A DNA stretch of 64,000 nt. It comes from Octopus sinensis. Taxonomy: Eukaryota. Every line of letters begins with the position of its first letter. Position 1 is the stretch's first letter. The position numbers were made by a program, and so were the translations under genes. The notes under the pieces were generated by a model. That model was given only the letters and a program-made list of their open reading frames with translations, had not been told where the DNA came from and searched no databases. Shown here one piece after another: positions 38,770 to 52,176 of the stretch. Location of the stretch: the NCBI RefSeq assembly GCF_006345805.1, contig NC_043017.1, forward strand, positions 12,834,001-12,898,000, in the 5' to 3' direction.

Positions 38770-39530
38770 GTATGAGAAACAGATGTGTAACAGGAACAAC
38801 AGATATGTGGCATGGGTAAAAATGCTGGTATATCACAAAGAAATGTGTGACATGATTAACAGATGTGTGACACGAACAAGCAGAAGTGTGACATGTGAAA
38901 CAATTCAGTGCCATAAAAACAGATGTGTGTCATGAACAGCAGGTGAGTGACATGAATAACAGATGTGTAGCATGAGTAATAATTTTGTTACATGACGTGT
39001 GACATGAACAGGAGAGGTGTGTCATGGGCAACAGATGTGAGACATGGGTAATAAAACTCTGTTACATGACAAAGAGATGTGTAACAGGATCAGAAGAGGT
39101 GTGACATGAAAATCAGATGTGGGACATGGGTAAAAACTTTGTGACCTGAAAAACAGATGTGTGACATGAACTGCAAATGAATGACATGAATAATAGATGT
39201 GTAACATGGGTGACACTCTGTGACCTGAGAAACAAATGGAGAATGGGAACAGATATGGGAAGTAAGAAATAAGCATGTAACATAAACATGGCAATGCTCC
39301 AGCATGACACTGCCCAATAATTAAAACAAGTAAAAGATAAAACAATATATAAATGACAATTGAACAGTAGATACTGTATCATGAGCCAAGGGGGTGCGGT
39401 GATGACCAAGGTGAGTGACGTGAGAGGCAACTATGTGATATGACAAACAGTCAAGTGACAAATGCGAGACAAGCAAGAGATATCAGACTTCAAAAATAAA
39501 CATAGCATAAAAAAAACAGATGTGTGAAAT
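38770..39530 (+). repeat. Degenerate ~20-bp minisatellite (AACAGATGTGTGACATG core)
   Basis: Core recurs with variation roughly every 20 bp. Confidence 0.75.
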
Positions 39531-39874
39531 AATTAATAGATAACTTACAGATAATTTACAGATAATTATCACAAACAATTTCAGCAGTGAAATTAAAATT
39601 TTATTTTATTTATTTTTTTTTTTTGTTATTTATAAACCTAATTCTATTTTTATGGATCTTATTGTTAGATATATTTGAATATGAAATTACTTTTCTCTTT
39701 CTTCAGTTATCATAATTATTTATTAATTGCTCTGCTAAACACATAATGCTTTAATTACTTTTACTGAAATGACTGAGGCACCTCACAAACTAAAGTAATT
39801 GTGAAACAGAATTGACAAGAATGTAAGCTCAGAATAAGTTCAGTGCAAGACCAGACCAAACTCAGAATAAACTC

Positions 39875-40235
39875 ACTGAAGCTCCGGCATCTGGCGATGG
39901 ACTTGGTAAACACCCACAAAGTTATTAACCACCTCACCAACAACAACACTGAACACCTTTTTGATCTTCATGTGTCTAACACACGTGGACATGCCTACAA
40001 AGTCAGAAAACAACACAGTTCCCATGACTTTCGGAAACATTTTTTCACGCTCAGAGTTGCTGAAGCATGGAACAAACTGCCTGCGTCAGTTGTTGACTGC
40101 CATGACACTGCATCCTTTAAGGCCCTCATGCTTTCCGAAATCCGCCGAAACTACACCAGATTATACATACACTTTAGATGAGTTGTAGTGCACCTGAGCA
40201 CTGTACACAATGTTTTTATTATTATTATTATTATA
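39875..40235 (+). mobile_element. CR1-type LINE 3' end
   Basis: TRGHAYKVRK...RKHFFTLRVAEAWNKLP motif and an (ATT)n tail. Confidence 0.85.
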
Positions 40236-40239
40236 AGCA

Positions 40240-40975
40240 GAATTTAATGCTTATTTCAAGCCGAATGTAATCTCATGCTAATCTCAGTTTAAACTCAATG
40301 TAAGATCAGTGTAAGCTCAGATGAAATTAAGGCAAGCAAAGTGAATGTTCAGTGAAAGCTCAATTAATTGTCAGTGTAAATTCTGAGTAAGCTCAATGTA
40401 AGATGAGTCTAAGCTCAGTATTTATTTAGTGTAATCTCATCTTTTTCTCATAATAGGTTCAGTGTAAGTTTAGTTAATTCTCACTGAAAGTTCAGATCTA
40501 GCTCAGTTTAAGCTCAATATATATTCAATAAGTGATTGCTCAAAATATTCTCAAAGTAAATTCACTGTAATCTCAATGTGTATTCAATAATTGCTTAGTG
40601 TATATATTCAATGAGTGATTGCTACTCTCAAAGTAAACTCAATCTAAACTCAGACTGAGCTTGAGCTAAGCTGAGGGTGTTATCAGCCTGTTAACAAAGT
40701 TCAGTGTAAGATCAACATGAGCTTCAAGTAAACTCAGTGACTTTTCAGAGCAAGCTTAACTAATCCTCAGAATAAGCATCAAGGAAAGCTCAGTGTAAAA
40801 TGAGTGTAAGCTCAGCATATACTCAATGATTGACAGCTGAGTTCATTATCAAAGAAAACTTAGTGTAAGGTTAACATAAGCTCAATGTAACTCTGGTCAA
40901 TGTTCAATCTATGCTCTGCATAAATATAATTTTTATTCAGTGTTAATTGAATTTGTACTCAGTATCAGCTCAGTG
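40240..40975 (+). repeat. Degenerate ~11-bp minisatellite (AAGCTCAGTGT core)
   Basis: Many diverged units. The same units occur at 39820-39875, on the other side of the CR1 insertion. Confidence 0.7.
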
Positions 40976-42008
40976 GGGTGTATATATACAGTATATATAC
41001 TGTGTGTAAATGGTCTCAGTAAGTTAAATGAATACTAGTTATACACCTTCACCCAATTTCTTACTGGTCTATGAAATCTTTACTATTTATAGCTGGTGTT
41101 TATAAAGAGGTTGTATAAACATCAATTTTGTTTATATAACCCCACCTCATTCCATGCATCACAGTTTATATAATTATAATGTTCAGTATACAAAGGTTCT
41201 TGTTTCTTTTCCCTCCTCCTAAACTACAATGTACATATGTACAGATATATAGATACAGGCATACAAGTATGTATGCATGTGTATGTATAGCAATACAGTA
41301 TACACACTTATATACATATACATGTAGTATATTAATCAGTTCTTTGGTAAATCAACAGTAATTAGCATACACACTAACATATACATGTAATTAGCACATG
41401 TATATATATATATATATATATGAATTAAAAAAATGAAGTTAATGCAGGTGTAATCAAATATTTTTACTTTCGACACATGTTTTGAAAATTCCACTGATAC
41501 TATTCATATTATTCAAAATATTCAAAGTAAACATGAAGTTTCTACCTTTATAAACAAGGAGTTACAACACCTTTACTTGTGAGATTTTTGCTGCCCTGGT
41601 AACTATTTTTTTTTTTTTCCGTGTTAATTGTTAACAAGGTAAAAATACACTCATCTATTTATTATATATATATATATTATATATATATATATATAGCAAA
41701 TGCACTTTTATATCATACAAATTCAAATATAGGTAACTCATCAAACCCAAATAGCCAATTCCTCCAGTTGTGGAGAGGTTACGTGCCTCTGGCAATTTGA
41801 GGCTGATTAGTCACCACCTATACACCTAAGTGCTTTAGTATTCAAATATATATATATAAACTTACTTGAAAATGGATTCAATCAAATAATAATATAAATA
41901 ATATTATTATTTGATTATATGCATTTATATATATACATACATTATATACATACATACACACACACACATATATATATATATTTGAATAATAAAGCACTTA
42001 GGTGGTGA

Positions 42009-42039
<31 letters not shown>

Positions 42040-42857
42040 AGAGAGAGTGTGCATATATGGGTACAGGACGTCACAAACAGTAAACAACATGAAATACAAA
42101 AACAAATTCGTTCAATATGCAAACAACAAGAGAAACAAATGGAAAGCAGGACAAGTAACATAAAAAAAAACGACCCTTCATCAGTTGCTGGCTGTCTATC
42201 TATTCCTCATTTCAAGCAGACAGCTGACAACTACATTGAGCTTAACTTTGGTGATTGGTCAAAAACCGGTGCATTCAACATAATATGCCTGTAAGCTTAA
42301 AATTTAATGTTAATTTATGTTCAGATCATCAGCTGTATAAATGACAAAGTTATTTTAATAAATTCATTATTTTCAGAATTAATTAAAATATAGGCAGTGT
42401 ATTTTAACGGAAATGGTTAATTCTGCCATCCAAGAACAGGAAGAGTTCCTTGGCATGATTTCTACATAGTTACCATCTACCAAATTCCATTCACATGGAT
42501 GGTAACTATGTGGAAATCATGCCAAGGAACTCTTCCTGTTCTTGGATGGTAGAATTAACCATTTCTGTTAAAATACACTGCCTATGTTAACCCAGCATAG
42601 CTAGGACAGTATCCCAGCTACTGGCCCTTCTTTTCACAGCTGCAATATTATCTTTAGTTTCAGGCTAGCTTTGATCAAGCAGAGTTTGAATGAAAGACGT
42701 TCCTGTTACGCCCATCCTGTGTCAGCATCTACCGACTTTGTCCATGTTGAGTCATGAAATGTAAATCACTGTTACATCATCCCAAGAAGTCACTATTTTT
42801 ATTCACTCACATCACACCATGTCATAAGATATGACAGTTATATGATGCCATCCTACT

Positions 42858-42917
42858 TTATGAGAGTTCAAAGACCGGATCTGAAAGTTGAAGCAGAAGC
42901 GGCAGAAGCAGCAGCAT
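42858..42917 (-). CDS. Candidate terminal exon MLLLLPLLLQLSDPVFELS* (hydrophobic tail)
   Basis: Acceptor tttgtcacag|ATG in phase 0, stop TAA at 42860-42858, AATAAA at 42803-42798. It could instead be a chance low-complexity (GCT)n-like tract. Confidence 0.35.
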   Translation of the reverse strand: MLLLLPLLLQLSDPVFELS

Positions 42918-42934
42918 CTGTGACAAACGTTTAT

Positions 42935-43161
42935 TTAACCCTTTAGTATTTAAACCAGCCATATCCGGCCAAAATAGCTAATCTGTTTTATGTTCAAGCT
43001 GACCAGATCCAGGCCCTCACACCTACCCTACAATGTTATTCTACATTAAGTAATTACACCATCAAGATCTTGAAGATATGAGATAATGCATGATTAATTC
43101 AAATCAATGGGAATCAATAAGCATTATGTTTGATAGAATAATCTGAACACTAAAGGGTTAA
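42935..43161. mobile_element. piggyBac-like MITE (second subfamily) at the 3' end of the protease-homologue gene
   Basis: 219-bp element at 42939-43157 with TTAA TSDs. Inverted homologue of 23997-24224. Confidence 0.82.
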
Positions 43162-43167
43162 TCTTAC

Positions 43168-43326
43168 CTTTAATTCCTTGGAGAACAGATTCAACCATTT
43201 CTGATGAAAGGCAACATTGACATACACCGTAAACCCTTTGTAACAACCAGCAGCTGAAGCAAACCCGACTAGCACCTGCTGACTGTTTTTGCTTTTCAAA
43301 CAGATTAGTGGACTGCCCATAGGCTC
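43168..43326 (-). CDS. S1 protease-homologue C-terminal domain exon: EPMGSPLICLKSKNSQQVLVGFASAAGCYKGFTVYVNVAFHQKWLNLFSKELK
   Basis: Acceptor ttccag|GAG, in frame with the previous exon. GSPLIC, LVGFAS..GC and VYVNV...KW motifs match the S1 C-terminus. A donor AAG|gtaaga follows; if it is unused the frame stops at 43150. Confidence 0.9.
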
Positions 43327-45017
43327 CTGGAATGAATAGAAAACATTGACAATATAATTCATTTCATTCAATAACGATAGGATTAATACGCTATTGTTTA
43401 AGGGAAATATATCTTAATTAAACAGCTAACTTGTGCATTATGAAAGCATTCTAGCTTGTAGGTTATTTCGAATGTCAGTATAAAGTTATACAATTGCCGC
43501 TGAGAAAGCTTGATTTTGATAAAAAGAAAACAAGATTTAGAAGCAGGAAATTTAATCATGGCCAAGATTACCAGATTGGACTAGGGGTAACAGATTACAC
43601 AACTCCTTAGTTAGCTTGCAACTTTTTTTTTTTATTTAGGCTCTCTTTACTCTTTACTCTTTTACTTGTTTCAGTCATTTGACTGTGGCCATGCTGGAGC
43701 ACTGCCTTTTTTTTAGTCGAGCAAATCGACCCCAGGACTTATTCTTTGTAAGCCTAGTACTTATTCTATCGGTCTCTTTTGCCGAACCGCTAAGTTACAG
43801 GGACGTAAACACACCAGCATCGGTTGTCAAGCGATGTTGGGGGGACAAACACAGACACACAAACATATACACACACACATATATATATATACATATATAC
43901 GACAGGCTTCTTTCAATTTTCCGTCTACCAAATCCACTCACAAGGCTTTGGTCGGCACGAGGCTATAGTAGAAGACACTTGCCCAAGATTCCACGCAGTG
44001 GGACTGAACCCGGAACCATGTGGTTCGTAAGCAAGGCTACTTGTAAATAAAAATTTTGATTTTTAAAGATAAGAATCATTACTTATTAGTAAGTTATCAA
44101 CTAAGTAAATTAGAACTGATCTACAAATAATCTATATATCCATTAATTTTAGTCTGTTTTTCCATGCTGGCATGGATTGGAAGACTATATTATTGAGGCT
44201 TTGTTTGATAATCAGATACCTTTCCTATTACTAATTCTTAATTGTTTTCAAGTAAGAAATTTCTTATTCTACGCATCTTCAAAGGTGCAAAGCCAGCAGA
44301 AGAACTGTTGATAAGGGAAATGATACCCTTTTGATACCAATCTGCTAGAGACTACACCCTCATTCTACAACCCAAACTTCCTATTCTAAAGTAATCAAAA
44401 TTAAAACCTCCCAGCAAAGTTTCATATTAATTTATTGTCCAAACATCATCTTAACAATGACAGTTATTTTAATAAATTCCTAGATGATGACAAACATTAC
44501 TTCTCAATAAATTCTTCATTTTTTCCAAAATTAATTGAAATAAAAGCAGTGTATTTCAACTGAGATATGATAACAAAAGACTTAAGCCTCCTATCCAAGA
44601 AAAGGAATGGTCCATCAGCATAGCTTCCACATAGTTCCAATCAAGCAAATTCCACTCACTCAACTCAACCAAAGAAGGTATTTGCTGAATATGACACATA
44701 ATGGAACCATCTGGTTATGGAGCAATCTTTTAAACCACACACCCATATTAATTACAATTAATATGGGTGGCAAATTTTGGAACAAGGCCAGCAATTTTGG
44801 GGTAGGAGTTAAGTCAGTTACATCAACCCCTGTATTCAACTGGTACTTATTTTATTGACCTTAAAACAACAGAAGCCAAAGTCAACCTTGGCGAGATTTG
44901 AACTCAGAACATAAAGATGGATGAAATGCCATTAAGCAGTTTACCCAGCATGCTACTGATTCTGCCAACTCTCCACCTTATCATTACAGTTAAAGTTGAA
45001 ACACAAAAATCCCTTAC

Positions 45018-45148
45018 CTTGCATGAGTTCGGAGAGTCTGTGGCCCAAAATTCTTCACATAGTCTTTGGTCTTTTCCAACAAACTCAAAACACTTGTTTT
45101 TTAGAAGTGATGTCTGTTTTGGAATGAGTTCTTTGGAGGTCTCTTTCA
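45018..45148 (-). CDS. S1 protease-homologue exon: (V)KETSKELIPKQTSLLKNKCFEFVGKDQRLCEEFWATDSPNSCK
   Basis: Acceptor gtttcag|TG and donor AAG|gtaagg. 131 nt, phase 1 to phase 0, joins the previous exon in frame. Carries the Cys168, Cys182 and Cys191 equivalents. Confidence 0.85.
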
Positions 45149-45693
45149 CTGAAACATGATGGTAAATATACATTTCGAGGATAGGAACACGGTCTCCCCA
45201 ACTGCATTCCCCTGCAACTTCATTTGTATCCATCTGCCATCCTCTTTTGACTCTCTTATAAACTTACTAACCCAGTCACTGTGTCCAATCCTCTCTACCA
45301 TTTCTCTTTTATTCATCTTCCAGCAACCTGAGGGTGTGCCCTAACACATCTTTGCCACCATCTCCTCTTCTTTTCCATCTGGGGTAGCCACACATCTCTT
45401 CTACAGCAAGACACCTGTTCTTGTCCCTCTAACATACTTTAACTTTTCATCACATGGTACAAAGCCACCTCCCTCAAAACTGCTGCCCACAAAGTTTAGG
45501 GGTCTTGTGAATTATTTGGTGCCAGAACCACCTAAAAGCACGCAGGGCATTCATTCAAGTAGTTGGCATTAGGAAGCTTGGCACAATTCTCTGGTTTATT
45601 AGGCCTTTTTTAAGCATCTAACTCATGCCAGAACGGAAAATCAACATTAAATGGTGGTGATGGTGGCCATGGTGGGGGCGGTGGCCGTGGTGG

Positions 45694-45754
<61 letters not shown>

Positions 45755-48700
45755 AATGATGATGATGATATATATATATATATATAATACAATATAATAT
45801 AATATATATACAAGGGGATGCTAAAAAGTTCCTGGATTTGGGTAAAACATATTCCCCTCTCAGATTCACACATTTATTGCAGTGGTCCTTCAGTTTTTCT
45901 AAGCCCTGTAAAAGAACTCAGGAGGCTGGCCCTCCAACCCCGGCCTTTCACAGTACCCTTAAAGCCAGGAACTTCTCACCACCCACTTGAATATATAATG
46001 GGCCTCTTTCAGATTCCATCAACCAAATCTATTCACAAGGCAATGTTCAGCCTGAAGCTGTAAAAGTAGAATACACTTGCCCAAGGTGCCACACAGTGGG
46101 ATTGAACCCAAGACCACATGGCTGAGAAGGAAGCTTCTTAATCCCACAACCATGACTGTACCTATGAAGGATAATGAAGGACAAGAAAGTTACAGAATTT
46201 AATGAGTGTATATGGCAATTTTTTGATTAGGGGTTTTTTTGGAGGGGGGGGGGGCAATATCTTGGTATTTCATGAAGTATGAATCATAAATTGTCTTGTT
46301 AATATTTTGGTTTTCCCTGAAGTGTGCTTGCTGAAGTTTTTGAAAAGAAATCAAAACAACAGCTGTCACTCATACATAAGCCTGACTCGTTAGCACATAC
46401 CGTGCTCTCCTCTCGCTAATTGTTTTAAGTAGTCACAAACAGACATAAGACACTCTTGAAACTTCCTACCTGTCATTTAACCGAACAATCAGGATGTGAC
46501 ACTTACGAGAAGGAGAGACAGACAGACAGACAGGACTGTACCATCACCAGGCTGGTGCTCACTTTTCACTAAAGCAAAATGAGACAAAGTGAAGAAGGAG
46601 GCTATCCACCCCCAGGTGATGCATCTATGGAGGGTAGTACTTTTGCATTTGCTGCATAAAGCTGGTGAATTCAGGGGAATGGACAAACTGAAAGGCTGAC
46701 CCAGATAGCACACCCACTCTAGCTATACCTATTTCTTTACTACCCACTAGGGGCTACACACAGAGAGGACAAACAAGGACAGACAAACGGATTAAGTCGA
46801 TTATATCAACCCTAGTGCATAACTGGTACTTAATTTAACTGGTACTTAATACTGGTACTTAAAACTGGTACTTAATAAGGCGGTGGTGAGCTGGTAGAAT
46901 CGTTAGCACGCCGGGCGAAATGCGTAGCCATATTTCGTCTGCCGTTACATTCTGAGTTCAAACTTCGCCGAGGTCGACTTTACCTTTCATCCTTTCGGGA
47001 TCGATAAATTAAGTACCAGTTACGCACTGGGGTCGATATAATCGACTTAATACCTATGTCTGTCCATGTTTGTCCCCTCTATGTTTAGCCTCTTGTGGGT
47101 AATAAAGAAATAGGTACTTAATTTATCGACCACGAAAGGATGAAAGGCAAAGTCGACCTCGGCGGAATTTGAACTCAGAACGTAATGGCAGACGAAATAC
47201 GGCTACGCATTTCACACGGCGTGCTAACGTTTCTGCCAACTCGCCGCCTTAACCAACTCGCCGCCTTAACCAACTCGCCGCACCCCTGAGTTAACCCCTG
47301 TTCTGTAATTGCCTGACCTGTCAGCCTGCTTGCATATATCCATATACCTTGTGGGCATACCGCTATGCTGAGCATATCTGGTATTAACAATAACCCCCAT
47401 TCATAAACTATAGCCTCTGTTCTGTTGTCATCTGACGTCCCAGCCTGTCTTCATATGCCAGCTGGTTCCTTGTTCTTCTAGTAACCTTGCATGAAACCAA
47501 ATACATTAGCTTTTTAGGTCATCATTTACTTTGCAAATTATAAAAGCTTACTTATGCAACTAGCTTAATCAGTGTCAGCGTAACTAATTCATTAAACATG
47601 CAATATAGTAAAAAAAATAAAATAATAATAAATAGAATATTACATATTTTTGTTTTTGCAAGTATGGGTGTGTGGTAAGAAGCTCGCTTCCCAACCTCAT
47701 GGTTCCAAGTTCAGTCCCACTGTGTGGCACCTTGGGCAAGTGTCTACTACAATAGTCTCAGGTGAACTGAAGCCTTGTGAGTGGATTTGATAGACAGAAA
47801 CTGAAAGAAACTCATTGTATAGATAGATAGGTGTGTGTGTGTGTGTGTGTGTGTGTGCATGTGTGTGCGTGTGTGTGTGTGTGTCTTTGTGTCTGTGTTT
47901 GTCCCCACCACTGCTTGACAACTGGTGTTGGTGTGTTTCTGTCCTCATAACTTAGCAGTTCTGCAAAAGAGACCAATAGAATGAGGTATGAGTCTATACA
48001 AAATTATTTTTTTCATTTTTCAAATCACATGCTGGGATTGATTCTTTCAACTTAAAACATTCTCCAAGGCAGTGCCCCAGCATGGTCGCAGTCTAATGAC
48101 TGAAACGAGTAAAAGATAAAAGTTACAGAGTAACAATTGTAAACAGGTTTCTACCTTAGTTTGTCATTGTCTGCAGAAATATGATTAAGTATAACTTTAA
48201 GTGAGTGTCACTTCAATGTTGTCCTCTTCTTCTCTGGGATAATCCATTGGTTAATAATCATGTGATCAGTCTGCTGGTCATCACATGGGATTAATATACA
48301 TGTATTGTGATCAACCTGTTTGTGCCGGTGGCACGTAAAAAGCACCATCCAATCATGGCCGTTTGCCAGCCTTGTCTGGCACCTGTGCCGGTGGCATGTA
48401 AAAAGCACCCACTACACTAACGGAGTGGTTGGCATTAGGAAGGGCATCCAGCTGTAGAAACATTGCCAGATCAGACTGGGCCTGATGCAGCCTTCTGGCT
48501 TCCCAGACCCCAGTTGAACCGTCCAACCCATGCTAGCATGGAAAGCGGACTCTAAACGATGATGATGATGATGATGATTTACTAATTGCAAAGTAAATAT
48601 GCAAAGCTGGGGGAGAGGTGATGTGTGTGTATGAGTACCTCTGGGATGATTTGAACTCATAACACAGAGAGCAGGAACAAATACCCTTTAAGCAAATAAT

Positions 48701-48997
48701 ATGATACCCTAACACATTTGCCCGTTCACTACCTTATAAACTTTTCTCAATGAAGTTAGTCCTGTAGTAAAAGTGCATGGCCTAGTGGTTGGACCAATCG
48801 GTGTGTTATGTTCTTGAGCAAAAAAATGCTCTATATTCACATTGCTCTATTTTACTCAGCAGCAAAATGTGTAACCCTGTGATAGATTGGTGTCCCATTT
48901 GAGGGGAATGTTGCGATTTTGGTCACCTGTACACCATGGAAACTAGGTAACTAGTCCCCTGAGTCCTAAGACTCGAGACAGGAAAATACAGGGGTTA

Positions 48998-49004
48998 GTG
49001 GTGG

Positions 49005-49037
<33 letters not shown>

Positions 49038-49233
49038 CAAGGATGATGATGATGATGATGATGATGACAACGACGATGATGATGACGATGATGATGACGA
49101 TGATGATGATGATGATGATGATGACGATGATGATTATGATGATGATGATGACGATGATGATGGTGATGGTGATGGTGACGGTGATGACGATGATGATGAC
49201 GATGATGATGATGATGATTATGATGATAATGAT

Positions 49234-49269
<36 letters not shown>

Positions 49270-49393
49270 CGATGGTGATGATGACGATGATGACGATGAT
49301 GATGATGATGATGATGACGATGATGATTATGATGATGATGATGATGACGATGATGATGACGATGATGATGATGATGATTTTGATGATAATGAT

Positions 49394-49429
<36 letters not shown>

Positions 49430-49506
49430 CGATGATGATGACGATGATGATGATGACGATGATGATGATGATGATGATGACGACAACAACGATGATGATG
49501 ATGATT

Positions 49507-49540
<34 letters not shown>

Positions 49541-49562
49541 CGATGATGATTATGATAATGAT

Positions 49563-49598
<36 letters not shown>

Positions 49599-49940
49599 CG
49601 ATGATGATGACGATGATGATGACGATGATGACGATGATGATAATGATTGATGATGATGATGATAATAATAATAATGATAATTGTGTACAGTGCTCAGGTG
49701 CACTACAACTCATCTAAAGTGTATATATAATCAGGTGTAGTTTCGGCGGATTTCGGAAAGTATGAGGGCCTTAAAGGATGCAGTGTCATGGCAGTCAACA
49801 ACTGACGCAGGCAGTTTATTCCATGCTTCAGCAACTCTGAGCGTGAAAAAATGTTTCCAGACGACGATGATGACGATGATGATGACGATGACGATGATGA
49901 TGATGATGATGATGATGACGATGACGATAATGATGATGAT
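48998..49940. repeat. (GAT/GAC)n microsatellite with higher-order duplications, containing a CR1 tail
   Basis: Read directly from the sequence. The GATAATGATTGATG marker recurs four times. Confidence 0.95.
49660..49858 (-). mobile_element. Short CR1-type 3' end inserted in a (GAT)n tract
   Basis: Near-identical to the reverse complement of about 40035-40210. Confidence 0.8.
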
Positions 49941-50244
49941 GAGGAGAAGGACAACGACGACGACGATGAATCCTACTAAATAAATTCTTAACTTTCTATT
50001 CGAAATTTTCTCTGTCAAAAGCCCAGTCATGTTATAATTCTGTTTCCTCCATTATGTTAGAGAGTCCTCTTGTCCTTCAAAATGAATGTAAATAAGGTTA
50101 GAGTACAACTCTTGTGATGTCTTGTTGTTTCAAGGGTGGCTTGACTGATGCAGTTTTGTGCTGTACTGTAGTTGATGGGATTTTAGGAAATAAACATTTA
50201 AAGAAATTATTGTCTTGAAGAATAAAATCAAAAAGGGAACTTAC

Positions 50245-50370
50245 CATTCTGATCGAAGGTAATGCAGTTGGATAAATTCTTGAGTTCGTGAATATCTGGA
50301 AGGGTCACTGGTTGAATGCACTTGTTTAGGTCCAATGGAGATGGTAGAATGATGAGAGCAATATCATTGT
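50245..50370 (-). CDS. S1 protease-homologue exon with the catalytic-Asp motif: xNDIALIILPSPLDLNKCIQPVTLPDIHELKNLSNCITFDQN
   Basis: Acceptor gttttttag|AC and donor AATG|gtaagt. 126 nt, phase 1 to phase 1, open frame. NDIAL (Asp102) and PVTLP motifs of chymotrypsin-family proteases. Confidence 0.9.
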
Positions 50371-51420
50371 CTAAAAAACATAAGAATATAAAGGAGATGG
50401 TGAGAAAACACCTTCTTAAAAATGTAAGTTATTCCATATTTTGTCAGAGATAGATAGAGAGAGAGATAGAAGAGAAAGAGGGAGAGAGAGAGGAAGAGAG
50501 AGAGAGGAAGAGGGAGAGAGAGATACAATAGGTTTTTTTTCCAGTCTCTATCTATCAAATCCACTCACAAGGTTTTGGCTAAGCTAGGGCTATAGTAGAA
50601 AACACCTATCAAAGATAGCATGCTGTGGGACTAAACCTCAAATGACATAGCTGAGAAGAGTATTAGATTCCTTGGAAGAAAGCAGCGAATGTATACAAAA
50701 CAAGGACGGAAAAAAACGGACAATGTTACACAAATACAATAAAAATAATAACAGGACATAACAACAGGTGTCTTTCGACTAAGGACGAATTAAATTAAGC
50801 TGGCGCATGTGGAAGTGAATCCTTATGGCACAGATACAGAAATTTCACAAACACAAGGAAGAATATCAATGTTGCACGGATGACATTGGATATAGAAAGA
50901 AAGAGCAGGTTTGGCTGATCGGTCATGTGGAAAGAGAAGAGAAAAAAGTAGAAGCAGAGGGACAGAAGAATTAAGGAGGGGTGAGAAAAAATGACAGGGA
51001 CACAGTGAAGTGAAAAGTGGAGGGAAAGTGAGCAAGAAGAGAAGGCAAAGAAATGTGATATATATATATATACACATAGGTAGTGGCTAGTAGCATGATC
51101 TTCAAATGCTGAGCCTTTTAGAGGCAACAAGTGACTGAGACCTTTAGAGATATGCTGTGCTTGTGAAAACTTGTTAAGCTAAGTGAAATCATAATCATGC
51201 CACCTGTGCCAGTGGCATATAAAAAGCACCTGTTACATTCTTGAAGGGCTTGGCATTAGGAAGGGCATCTAGCCATAGAAACCATGTCAAATCAGACTGG
51301 AACCTGGTTTACCAGTTCCAGTCAAACCATCTAACCCAAACCAGCATGGAAAGCAGACATTAAATGATGATGATGATGATATATATATGTGTGTGTCTGT
51401 GTGTGTGTATATATATATAT

Positions 51421-51622
51421 AAAGTTAATCTAAACATGAAAACACAAAGAGAAAACACAACAACGCGAGGACGTGGAACAAGTATAGTGTTATTGGACGC
51501 TCAGGAAAGAAAGAGGGTTTAATGTTTCGAGCGGAGCTCTTCATCAGAAACATAGGAGAAGGAAAGATCCAGAGAAGGGAAGACGGAGGAAAAAAATCAC
51601 CAACGGTACACACGCGGTCACA
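51421..51622 (-). mobile_element. Family A Penelope pLTR-like copy (HHR-like motif at 51517-51551 with a CUGAUGA core)
   Basis: Direct homologue of 4653-4860. Minus strand GUUU-CUGAUGA-A-GAGC(UCC)GCUC-GAAAC-AUU-AAAC. Confidence 0.65.
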
Positions 51623-52176
51623 TGCTCACACATACATATATTAATCAGCAGAATTTACAAAGTGACTTAAAGGCCAAGAATTTCAGGAATGACACTTTTA
51701 AGCCCTTGGCCCTTGCATCATTTTGTAACTCCTGCTGATTAAAAATGAAAGAAAATTATTTAGACTCGTATTTTATTTTCTGTTTCTATTCTACCAATCC
51801 TACACATACACGAGCACATACACACATACAAACACACACATACGCACACATTTCTATTTTCGTTCTACCAAACACACACGCATACACACATTTCTATTTT
51901 CATTCTACCAAACACACACGCATACACACACAGAATGGCCTGGTGATGTCATAAACGACTGCTGGTTTGTGTAGACCCATATTGTCTATAAGGAGAATTT
52001 CTCGCAAGATAGAATGTACACTTATTGTCTTACCATGTCCAAGTGTACACAAACATCTTAAATATGACTAAATAACTGCAAATAATTCACTTGGCACACC
52101 CCTAATAAATATATGTACATGTGTACATGCATTTTATGTATACATGTGTGCACGCATGTATGTATACATACATATA

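Noticed and set aside
41455-41560. AAACATGTGTC on the minus strand, resembling an HHR stem III and cleavage site
   Set aside because: The CUGANGA box and stem I are not recognisable.
42160-42220. CTGATGAAGGG on the minus strand, a possible hammerhead
   Set aside because: No downstream stem II/GAAA and no convincing permuted fold. At most a Penelope-related remnant.
48995-49713. Long poly-His/poly-Asp/poly-Met ORFs
   Set aside because: A (GAT)n microsatellite open in most frames, lying in an intron of the protease-homologue gene.
52034-52101. Minus-strand donor CATG|gtaaga upstream of the NDIAL exon
   Set aside because: The in-phase frame is short, closed by TAG, and shows no protease motif.
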